A stretch of 35,247 bases of DNA from positions 6,444,600 through 6,479,846 of the forward strand of contig NC_057757.1 in assembly GCF_004010195.1 (NCBI RefSeq). Direction: 5' to 3'. Made by a program: the position numbers and the translations under genes. Shown here one piece after another: positions 10,160 to 20,558 of the stretch. The notes below the pieces were generated by a model. The model saw nothing but the letters and a program-made list of their open reading frames with translations. It did no database searches and was not told the DNA's origin. The DNA is from Chiloscyllium plagiosum. Lineage: Eukaryota. Position 1 is the stretch's first letter. Every line of letters begins with the position of its first letter.

Positions 10160-13100
10160 ATCCTGACCGATTCCCAAGCATCAGGATCTATCCTCATTCC
10201 TGAGCAGTGGAATCCATGTGAATTCCCAAGGATCGGGATCCCTCGAAATTCCCAAGAACTGGGATCCATCCCAATTCCCAAGCAATGGGATCCATCCCAA
10301 TTCCTGAGCACTGGCATCCACATGAATTCCAAAGGACCAGAATACATCCCAATTCCTGAGCACTGAGATCCATATAAATTCCCAAGGATCAGGATCCATC
10401 CCAATTCCCAAACACTGGGATCCATCCCAATTCCAGACACTGGGATGCATATGAATTCCCAATTACCAAGGTCCATCCCAATTCCTGAACACTGAGATCC
10501 ATATGAATTCCCAAGGATCAGGATCCATCCCAATTCCCGAGCACTAGGATCCACATAATATTCCAAGGACCAGGATCCATTCCAGTATCAGATACTGGGG
10601 TGCATATGAATTCCGAACAACCGGGGTCCATCCCAGTAGCTAAGCACAGGAATCCATATGAATCCCCAAACACTGGGATCCAACCCAATTCCCAAGGACC
10701 AGGCCCCATCCCAATTCCCAAGCACTGGGATCCATTCCAATTCCTGAGCCTGGGACCAATCCCAATTCCCAAGCACTGGTATCCATATGAATTCTCAAGG
10801 ATTGGGATCTACCCCAATTCCCAAGAACTGAGATCCATATTAATTCCCAGACACTAGGACCCATCCCAATTCTAGAGCATTGTGATCCATATGAATTCCC
10901 AATTTCCAATCACTGGTAGCCATATTAATTCCCAATGACTGGGATCCACCCCAATACCCAAGCCCTGTGATCCATATGAATTCCCCAGTACCAGGATCCA
11001 TCCCAATTTCCAAGCACTGGGATCCATATGAATGTACAAGGACTGGTATCCATCCCAATTCCTGAACACTGAGATCCATATAAATTCCCAAGGATCAGGA
11101 ACCATCCCAATTCCTGAGCACTAGGATCCACACAATATTCCAAGGACCAGGATCCATTCCAATACTAGACACTGGGATGCATATGAATTCCCAACAACTG
11201 GGATCCATCCCAATTGCTAAGCACTGGAATCCATATGAATCCTCAAACACTGGGATCCAACCCAATTCCCAAGGACCAGCCCAATCCCAATTCCCAAGCA
11301 CCATTCCCAGGATCCATTCCAATACCAGACACTGGGATCCATATGAATTCCCCAGCACCAGGATCCATCGCAATTCCCAGACACTGGGATCCATATGAAA
11401 TCCCAAGCACAGGGATCAATTCCAGAACACTGGGATCCATCCCAATTCCTGAGCACTGGAATCCATATGAATTACCAAGCCTCAATTACCATCCCAATTC
11501 ACAAGCACTGGGATCCATATGAATTCCTAGGGACCAGGATCTATCCCATTTCCCTAACACTGGGATCCATATGAATTCCCAAGCACCTGGATCCATCCCA
11601 ATTCCATAGCACTGGGATCCATCCCAATTTTAGAGCATTGGGATCCATGTTAATTCTCAACGACCAGGATCAACCACAATTCCCAATCACTGGAGCCATA
11701 TTAATTCCCAAGGACTATGATCCATCCTGATTCCCAAGCACTGAGGTCAATATGAATTCCTTAGGACCAGGATCCACCCTAATCCCTTACCCTTGGAATC
11801 AATTTAATTCCCCAACACCAGGGTCCATCCCAATTCCCAAGCACTGGGATCCATATGAATTTCCAAGCACAGGGATCAATTCCAATTCTGAACACTGGGA
11901 TCCATATGAAATCCCAAGCATTGGGATCCATCCCAATTCCCAAGTCTGTGATCCATATGAATGCACAAGGACTGGGATGAATCCCAATTCACAATCACTG
12001 GGACCAATCCCAATTCCTGAGCACTGGGATCCATATGAATTTCTCAGGACCAGCATCCATCCCAATTACTGGGCAGTGGGGTCCATATGAACTTCCAACG
12101 ATCAGGATCCATCCCAATTCCTAAGCACCGGAATCCATATGAATTGCCAAGCACAGGGATTAATTCCAATTCTGGAATACTGGGATCCATCCCAATTCCC
12201 AAGTCTGAGATCCATATGAATGCACAAGGACTGGGATGAATCCCAATTCACAAGCACTGGGACCAATCCCAATTCCTGAGCACTGGGATCCATATGAATT
12301 CCTCAGGACCAGGATCCATCCCAATTCTAGAGCACTGGGATCCATATGAATTCCCAAGCACCAGGATCCATCTCAATTCCCAATCACTGAGATCCATCCC
12401 AATTCCCAAGCGCTGGGATCCATGTGAATTCCCAAGGACCGATATCCATGCTAATTCACAAGCCACTGGGAAGCACATGAATTCCCAAGGTCTAGGATTC
12501 ATCCGAATTCCCATTCACTGTGATCCTTATGAACTCCCAAACACTGGGATCCATCTGAATTCCCAAGCGCCAGGATCCAACCCAATTCCCAAATACTGGT
12601 ATCTATATGATTCGCAAGCTCATGGATCTATTCCAATTCCTAAATACTGGAATAATTCCCAATTCCTGAGCAGTGGGATCCTTATGAATTCCCAAGGACT
12701 GGTATCCATGCCAATTCACAAGCACTGGGATCCATATTAATTCTCAAGCACCGGGATCAATCCCAATTCCCAAGCACAGGGATCCATATGAATTCCCAAG
12801 CACTTGGATCCATCTCAATTCCTGAGCACCTGGATCCATATGAATTCCTAAGGACCAGGACCTATTCACCAATTCCCAATCACTAGGAACCATATTAATT
12901 CCCAAGGACCAGTATCCATCCCTATTCCCAAGCACAGGGGTCCAAATTAATTCCCATACACCAGAATCCATCCCACTTCTGTGCTTTTCCAGCAACATAT
13001 TTTCATCGCTATGAATTCCCAAGCACAGGGATCAAATTTGATTCTGGAACACTGGGATCCATCCCAATTCTAGACCTCTGAGATCCATATGAATTCCTCA

Positions 13101-14428
13101 GGACCAGGATCCATTCTAAATCCCGAGCATTGAGATCCATATGAATTCCTCAGGACCAGGATCCATTCTAAATCCCGAGCAATGAGATCCATATGAATTC
13201 CCAACGACCAGCATCCATCCCAATTCCTGATCACTGGAATCCATATGAATTCCCATACACCAGGATCCATCCCAATTCCCTCACACTGGGATTGCTATGA
13301 ATTTCCAAGCACAAAGATCAATGCCAATTCTGGAACACTGGGATCCATACGAATTCCCAAGCACCAGGATCCATCTCAATTCCCAATCACTGTGATCAAT
13401 CCCAATTTCCAAGCACTGGGATCCATCCCAATTCCTGAGCATTGGGATCCATGTGAATTCCCAAGCACTGAGATCCATGAATTCCCAAGGACTGAGATTC
13501 ATCCCAACCCCCTAGCGGTTGGATCCATATTAATTCCTAAGCACCAGAATCCAACCCAATTTCCAAGCACTGGAATCCATGTAAATTCTCAAGCACAAGG
13601 ATCCCTATGAATTCCCAAGGACCGGTATCCATGCCAATTCTCAAGCACTGGGATCCATATGAATTCCCAAGGTCTAGGATTCATCCCAATTCCCATTCAC
13701 TGGGATCCATATGAATTCCCAAGCATTAGGATCCATCCCAATTCCCGAGCCTTGGGATCCATTCCAATTCCCAAACACTGGATCCATCCCAATTTCTGAG
13801 TGCTGGGATACATCTCAATTCCTGAGCACTTGGATCCATATGAATTCCTAAGGACCAGGACCCATTCACCAATTCCTAAGCATTGTGATCCATACAAATT
13901 CCAAAGGACCAGGATCCATCCCAATTCCCAAGCACTGGAATCCATATGAATTCCAAAGGAACAGGATCCATCCCAATTCCTGAGCACTGAGATCCATATG
14001 AATTCCCAAGGACCATGATCTACCCAAATACCTGAGCAGCAGGATCATTCCCAATTCCTTAGCACTGGAATCCATATGAAATCCCAAACACAGGGATCCA
14101 TATGAATTCCCAACAACCAGGATCCATCTCAATTCCCTAGGAGCTGGTTCCATCACAATTCCTGAGCACTGGGATCCATCCCAATTCACTTGAACCGATA
14201 GCCTGTTTCCAATTCGCTCAGACCCAGGATCCATTCTGATTCCCTTGGACTCTTGGCCCTTGTGCAATGTTTGACAATCATGGAGCCTGGTATTTAGAAT
14301 TGTTTGTTTTGAATTATAGTCGTTAGGGGCTTCGTTTTAACCAGTACAGACTCAATGGGCCGAAGGACATTATTCTGTGAAGCAAACCTCATCAAAGGCC
14401 ACATTACCCGGCCTCGGAGTTAGAGTCT

Positions 14429-15002
14429 GGGCAATTTAACATGGCCAACCCACCCTAACCTACACATCCTTGGGCACTATGGGTAATTTAGCATGGCCAA
14501 TCCACCCTAACCTACACATCCCTGGGCATAATGGGTAATTTAGCACGGCCAATCCACCCTAACCTATATGTCCCTGAGCACTATGGGTAATTTAGTGCAG
14601 CCAATCCATCCTAACCTACACATCCCTGGGCACTATGGGTAATTTAATATGGCCAATCCACCCTAACCTACACATCCCTGGGCACTATGGGTAATTGAGC
14701 GCAGCCAATCCACCCTAACCTACACATCCCTGGACACTATGGCTAATTTAGCACGGCCAACCCACCCAAACCTACACATCCCTGGGCACTATGGCTAATT
14801 TAGCACGGCCAACCCACCCTAACCTACACATCCCTGGGCATAATGGGTAATTTAGCACGGCCAATCCACCCTAACCTATATGTCCCTGAGCACTATGGGT
14901 AATTTAGCATGGCCAATCCACCCTAACCTACACATTCCTGGGCACTATGGGTAATTTAATATGGCCAATCCATCCTAACCTACACATCCCTGGGCACTAT
15001 GG
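14429..15002 (-). repeat. Tandem array (~11 copies, runs into gap) of a 52-bp SINE-derived unit
   Basis: Unit GGGCACTATGGGTAATTTAGCATGGCCAATCCACCCTAACCTACACATCCCT, period 52 (14472 to 14524). It is the reverse complement of an internal segment of the V-SINE copies. Confidence 0.93.
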
Positions 15003-15817
15003 NNNNNNNNNNNNNNNNNNNNNNNNNNNNNNNNNNNNNNNNNNNNNNNNNNNNNNNNNNNNNNNNNNNNNNNNNNNNNNNNNNNNNNNNNNNNNNNNNN
15101 NNNNNNNNNNNNNNNNNNNNNNNNNNNNNNNNNNNNNNNNNNNNNNNNNNNNNNNNNNNNNNNNNNNNNNNNNNNNNNNNNNNNNNNNNNNNNNNNNNNN
15201 NNNNNNNNNNNNNNNNNNNNNNNNNNNNNNNNNNNNNNNNNNNNNNNNNNNNNNNNNNNNNNNNNNNNNNNNNNNNNNNNNNNNNNNNNNNNNNNNNNNN
15301 NNNNNNNNNNNNNNNNNNNNNNNNNNNNNNNNNNNNNNNNNNNNNNNNNNNNNNNNNNNNNNNNNNNNNNNNNNNNNNNNNNNNNNNNNNNNNNNNNNNN
15401 NNNNNNNNNNNNNNNNNNNNNNNNNNNNNNNNNNNNNNNNNNNNNNNNNNNNNNNNNNNNNNNNNNNNNNNNNNNNNNNNNNNNNNNNNNNNNNNNNNNN
15501 NNNNNNNNNNNNNNNNNNNNNNNNNNNNNNNNNNNNNNNNNNNNNNNNNNNNNNNNNNNNNNNNNNNNNNNNNNNNNNNNNNNNNNNNNNNNNNNNNNNN
15601 NNNNNNNNNNNNNNNNNNNNNNNNNNNNNNNNNNNNNNNNNNNNNNNNNNNNNNNNNNNNNNNNNNNNNNNNNNNNNNNNNNNNNNNNNNNNNNNNNNNN
15701 NNNNNNNNNNNNNNNNNNNNNNNNNNNNNNNNNNNNNNNNNNNNNNNNNNNNNNNNNNNNNNNNNNNNNNNNNNNNNNNNNNNNNNNNNNNNNNNNNNNN
15801 NNNNNNNNNNNNNNNNN
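15003..15817. other. Assembly gap
   Basis: Run of N. Confidence 1.
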
Positions 15818-16375
15818 CCAACTCCTGTACTCAATACTCTGACCAATAAAGGAAAGCATACCAAATGCCTTCTTCACTATCCTATCTACCTGCGACTCCA
15901 CTTTCAAGGAGCTATGAACCTGCACTCCAAGGTCTCTTTGTTCAGCAACATTCCCTAGGACCTTACCATTAAGTGTATAAAACTCAATCAAGTTTGTGAG
16001 ACATGATTTCCCACGCACAAAGCCATGTTGACTATCCCGAATCAGTCCTTGCCTTTCCAAATACATGTACATCCTGTCCCTCAGGATTCCCTCCAACAAC
16101 TTGCCCACCACCGAGGTCAGGCTCACCAGACTATAGTTCCCTGGCTTGTCTTTACCGCCCTTCTTAAACAGTGGCACCACATTTGTTAACCTCCAGTCTT
16201 CCGGCATCTCACCTGTGACTATCGATGATACAAATATCTCAGTAAGAGGCCCAGCAATCACTTCCCTAGCTTCCCACAGAGTTCTCGGGTACACCTGATC
16301 GGGTCCTGGGGATTTATCCACCTTTAACCGTTTCAAGACATCCAGCACTTCCATTTTGCAAGATGTCACCATCTA
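15818..16375 (-). mobile_element. CR1 ORF2 fragment with internal deletion of the RT core
   Basis: LKVDKSPGPDQVYPRTL...PEDWRLTNVVPLFKKG...SQHGFVRGKSCLTNLIEF is joined directly to YTLNGKVLGNVAEQRDLGVQVH. Confidence 0.93.
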
Positions 16376-16396
16376 TTTCCCGACAGTCTATATCTC

Positions 16397-16480
16397 AGAC
16401 AGTCGCCTAAGGCTGAAATCGAACCTGGGTCCCTTGCACCGTGAGGCAGCTGTGTTAACCACTGAGCCACCATACCACCC
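16397..16480 (-). mobile_element. V-SINE (HE1-like) tRNA head fragment
   Basis: The reverse complement has an A-box-like TGGCTCAGTGG and a B-box-like GGTTCGATTTC. Confidence 0.8.
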
Positions 16481-16886
16481 TTCAGACTGCTTCTATTGTT
16501 CCAATTTTTAAAAAAAAACCCAAGGCCTCACGAGCTTTGGAACAGCCCACTCTGTCTCAAACCTTTTACATAAAAACAGACCAGGACAATCTACACCTCT
16601 TACAGTGGGAATGTCTTTATAAAACGGTAGCTACTGTATAACTGTGTCTACACCTCGATCGAGTCCTACCAGCTGCTGATTTAGGGAAGGGCACAAATAC
16701 ACTGCAGGGAATGAGCCAGCGTGACACTTGGAAGGAGAGAGTTGCCTGACCAGGCAAGGTCAGACAGATCTGCTGGAGGGCTGGGGCAGGGTGAGCTGAT
16801 CTTGAACCTCCTTGACAAAGTGGACTGTGGATTCACCCAGACCTAGAGGGTATGGCTTTAAAATTCAAGTGGACGGGTTTAGATAA

Positions 16887-16958
16887 GGGTGGCACAGTGG
16901 TTAGCACTGCTGTCTCACGGCGCCAGGGTCCCAGGTTTGATTCCAGCCTCGGGCGCCT
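16887..16958 (+). mobile_element. V-SINE tRNA head fragment
   Basis: gggtggcacagtggttagcactgctgtctcacggcgccagggtcccaggtttgattcc. Confidence 0.8.
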
Positions 16959-17443
16959 ATTTTACTGAATCTGCCTTTGCCAAGGGTGTGTTTATGGGAT
17001 GTTACTGTATTGGGACAGTTAAAGTTTAGTCTCTAAATAATATATTATTCTGTTAACAAGAATAGAAATTGCTGGAAAAGTAAAGGGTCACTCGACCCGA
17101 AACGTTAGCGCTGATTTCTCTCCACAGATGCTGCCAGACCTGCTGAGCTTTTCCAGCAATCTCTCTCTGTTCCTGTTTTTGACTTACAGCATAGGCAGTT
17201 CTTTCGGTTTTTATTATTCTGTGACGTTTTCCAATGGAGGTAAGTTAGATCAACAATTCTCGGTTTTGTTTATATTTTAACTCGCCTGAGAATAAACTGT
17301 GTTTTGCTGAAAGTTGAGTCGTTTGACCAGTCAGAGCACATCTGGAACACGGCACCCTTAGACTTGCCTTTAAATAAGATAGAGAATAGGGGCTAGGCTA
17401 TCTCCTTGTTATATTTGAGAGGGGTTTGGTTGAGTCCGTAACA
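16959..17443 (+). mobile_element. 3' part of an LTR-like remnant, interrupted by a Penelope-like insertion
   Basis: AT-rich, with AATAAA at 17291-17296, ending in ...ggggtttggttgagtccgTAACA. Confidence 0.5.
17054..17211 (+). mobile_element. Penelope-like terminal fragment with inverted 5' part and 11-bp TSD
   Basis: TATTATTCTGT at 17043-17053 and 17212-17222. Contains gggtcactcgacccgaaacgtt...gatgctgccagacctgctgagcttttccagca. The 5' part attgctggaaaag is the reverse complement of cttttccagcaat (17148-17160). Confidence 0.8.
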
Positions 17444-18004
17444 AAAACATGATGACAACTCTGTCGGATTTAGCAATGTTGATGGAGAGGCGAACTTTCA
17501 CTCCAGGAGGTGAGGCATATCCCTCAGCTTGGATGAAGAGTTACACAAGGGATTCTCTCGGGCTGAATCTGCCCGGACATGGAGGCAGATTGGAGTCAGT
17601 GGGTAAGTCCCTGTGGATGGACCCGGCTGGTTTCCTGTTGACCACTTACCCACTCGGGACAGGAGGGAATGCATTGCTAGGCACTGTGCAGGCACCCTCT
17701 CATGGAGGAGGCGGAAGAGAGGATTGCATTTTCCTAGCGCCTTCCTGAGCATCCCTAAAACCGCTCGGGAAGCACATGGTCACGGTTATGAAGAGGGAGC
17801 TGAGGTGCGGATTCCGAGTGTCACAGAGCGCAGGGAGAGACGCTGCCAACCAGCCAGCATCTCTTTCTCCCACACTATCAATTGTTGCAACTGTCTGAAG
17901 TTTGACATTCTTGCCAAATGTGTCCTGAAGAGTGTGAGATGAAAGGCATCAGTTGAAAGGTAATGCTGGCTCAGTGGTTAGCACTGCAGGGCACCCATCC
18001 ACTA

Positions 18005-18640
18005 CGGGTTAAGGTTAGTGTCAGGGTCAGGGTTATGGTTAGGGTTAGAGATAAGGGGTTAAGGATTAGGGTGAGCATTAAGGGGTAGGGCTAGGGTTGG
18101 GTTAGGGTTGGGGGTTAAGGATTAGGGTTAGCATTAGGGTTAAGAGTTAGGGTTGAGGAGGGGTTAAGTGTCAGGGCTAGGGGTTAACGATTAGGGTCAG
18201 GGCTGAGGGTTTAGGATTGTGGAGGAGTTATGAGCCAGAGTTGGTGTTAAGGGTTAGGGTCAGGGCTGAGGGTTTAGGTTTGAGGAGGGGTTATGGGTCA
18301 GGGCTAGGGGTTAAGGGTTAGGGTCAGGACTGGGGTTAAGGATTAGGATTGCGGTGGGTTTAAGGGTTTGGGTCAGGGTTCGGGCTATGGGTCAAGGGTT
18401 AGAGTTAGTATTAGGGTCAGAGTTTAAGATTGTGGTTAATACTTGGGGTAAAAGATTAGGTTTAAAGCTAGTGTTAGGGCTAGCATTTGTGTTCGAGTTG
18501 GGGCTGGGGTTAAAGGTTAGGGCTAGGGGTTAAGGGTTAGGGCTAGGGTTAAAAGTTGGGAATGGGCTAAGGATTAATGCTCAGGCATTAAGGGTTAGGG
18601 GTTATGGGTCTGGGTTAGCGTAGGGTTAGGGATAGGGTTA
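18005..18640 (+). repeat. Degenerate telomere-like (TTAGGG)n tract
   Basis: About 630 bp of TTAGGG, TCAGGG, TTAAGG, CTAGGG and TTGGGG variants. Confidence 0.9.
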
Positions 18641-19136
18641 CAGAGAAAACTCAGCCCCTTGTTTTACACCTTAGCCCCATCACCCCTGGGCAAGTATTTG
18701 AGACTCTCCCAGTGCCTTTTCAAACTCTGAGCTTGTCTCGAATTCCTTGCGCATTAGGGTATGTTTATTTGTAATGTTTCTGCATCCCGTTCTCCGTCCC
18801 CCTGCATCCGTGTGAAATCCTCCCCAGCGCTCCCATTCTCGTTCCATGTTAATCGCTGCCTCTGCGGGATCGCAGTTCGGGGAGGGAGGGTGATGGGGTC
18901 AGTGTGTTAATGTTGTGTCAATCGCCCGATGTCAAGTTGACAGGGAGGGAACCTTTCAACCCCTCCCCCCACTTCCTCGCGGCCATCGCCCGTGTTTGTA
19001 TCTCCAGGTTAATGTTTGTCTGGCTTGCGTTCCCCATCTACACTGTCATGGTTTGGAGGCGCCGGTGTTGGACTGGGGTGGACACAGTTAAAAATCACAC
19101 AACACCAGGTTATAGTCCAACAGGTTTATTTGGAAG

Positions 19137-19171
19137 CACTAACTTTCGGAGCGACGCTCCTTCATCAGGTG
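19137..19171 (-). ncRNA. Minimal hammerhead ribozyme motif
   Basis: Minus strand reads CAC-CTGATGA-A-GGAGC-GTC-GCTCC-GAAAG-TTA-GTG. Stem II pairs 5/5 and stem I is CAC/GTG. Confidence 0.75.
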
Positions 19172-19493
19172 GCTGTGGAGAATAAGGTTGTAAGACATGG
19201 AATTTATAGCAAAAGTTCAAAGTGTGGTGTAACTGAAATTATACATTGAAAAACACCAGGATTGTTTGTTAAGTCTCTCATCTTTTAGAATGACCATGTT
19301 GGTTTCAGTTCTTTCATATGTAAATTGCAAAACCTTTTTGAAAAAGTTACATTCTCAAGTGCACTTTAACAATTGGAGTCATGACGGCCCAGATAAAGTA
19401 TTGAAGGTGTTAGCTGCCCTGTGTGAGGCTGTCTGTGCCACACTGTAAACTTTTGCTATAAATTCTGGGTCTTACAATCTTATTCTCCACAGC

Positions 19494-19528
19494 CACCTGA
19501 TGAAGGAGCAGCGCTTCGAAAGCTACCG
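19494..19528 (+). ncRNA. Hammerhead motif with disrupted stem I
   Basis: CAC-CTGATGA-A-GGAGC-AGC-GCTTC-GAAAG-CTA-CCG. Confidence 0.6.
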
Positions 19529-19583
19529 CTTCCAATTAAACCTGTTGGACAATAACCTGGTGTTGTGTGATTTTTAACCATCT

Positions 19584-19806
19584 GTGTGGAGTTTGCACAT
19601 TCTCCCCGTGTCTGCGTGGGTTTCCTCCGGGTGCTCCGGTTTCCTCCCACAGTCCAAAGATGTGCAGGTCAGGGTGAATTGGCCACGGTAAATTGCCCAC
19701 AGTGTTAATGTGTTAGTCAGAGGGAAATGGGTCTGGGTGGGTCACTCTTCGGAGGTGACTGGTTGGGCCAAATGGCCAGTTTCCACACTGTAGGGAATAA
19801 AAATCT
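19584..19806 (+). mobile_element. 5'-truncated V-SINE (V domain plus CR1-like tail)
   Basis: gtgtggagtttgcacattctccccgtgtctgcgtgggtttcctccgggtgctccggtttcctcccacagtccaaaga. Confidence 0.9.
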
Positions 19807-19817
19807 TTAAAAAAAAC

Positions 19818-19852
19818 CACCTGATGAAGAAGCGGCGCTCCGAAAATTAGTG
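19818..19852 (+). ncRNA. Hammerhead motif in a third arm copy (19817-19902)
   Basis: CAC-CTGATGA-A-GAAGC-GGC-GCTCC-GAAAA-TTA-GTG, with one mismatch in stem II. Confidence 0.6.
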
Positions 19853-20444
19853 CTTCCAAATAAACCTGTTGGACGATAACCTGGTGTTGTGTGTTTTTTA
19901 ACCGTCTACACTGTGACCACACACCAATCAATACCAAACCCCCTCAGCAGGGGGTGGTGCACCTCACGTGGACTGGGGCTGGGCTCTAGTTATCTGAACT
20001 GAAATGAATCATTTACTGTCACATGTGTATTCAAGATAAAACAGTGAATCATGTCGCCTTGCATCGTCGCCATTCTCATTAACTTTAAAATAAAATTTTA
20101 AAAATAAAGAGAGTCCAACTTTTCCTTCTCTGCTGCTTCAGCCCTGTCCAGCCAACCCTGTAGCCTCACTGTCTCCAAAGACTCCAGAACACATTGCAGC
20201 GACCTCCCTACTGAGCGAGCTCTCTGTCGTAGGGGAGACCGCAGTAAACTTCAAAATGAAACTGAGAAAAGATGAAGGGGAGCAAAGGAAAAGGGAAGCG
20301 GGTGAAGGGGAGAGGAGCCCGGATGCCAACTACTCTCTGGCGGCCATCTTGTTGACAGGTGACATTATCCTGTTGATGTTATCTCCACGTTCCCAAGGGG
20401 TCAGTCAGGATTGATTACACAATGAAGCCGCCTGAGAGCTCCCA

Positions 20445-20532
20445 GAGAGAAGGGAGAGAGAGAGAGCGAGACAGAGACAGAGAGGGAGAGAGTGAGAGAG
20501 ACAGAGGGAAAGAGTGAGACAGAGAGAGACAG
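20445..20532. repeat. GA-rich microsatellite
   Basis: (GA)n and (GACA)n run. Confidence 0.9.
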
Positions 20533-20558
20533 AACCACTGCTGCCAAATCGCGTTACG

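Larger units (their letters stand above)
10000..14232. repeat. ~4.2 kb satellite of ~25-26 bp subunits (GGATCCATCCCAATTCCCAAGCACTG and GGATCCATATGAATTCCCAAGGACCA)
   Basis: The two subunit types recur in irregular alternation throughout, with longer internal duplications. Confidence 0.96.
19047..19578. mobile_element. Penelope-like non-autonomous element with ~131-bp inverted arms (19087-19217 and 19448-19578)
   Basis: The arms are near reverse complements of each other, and each contains a CTGATGA...GAAA motif. Confidence 0.85.

Noticed and set aside
10175..14232. CRISPR array or cloning-vector polylinker
   Set aside because: There are no unique spacers and no cas genes, the context is eukaryotic, and the units are diverged tandem copies.
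9868..14267. Many WELGWIP/GNSYGS repeat ORFs
   Set aside because: These are satellite translations. The same peptides appear in all frames with frequent stops.
14947..15958. ORFs of 270-320 aa
   Set aside because: They consist almost entirely of N-gap codons.
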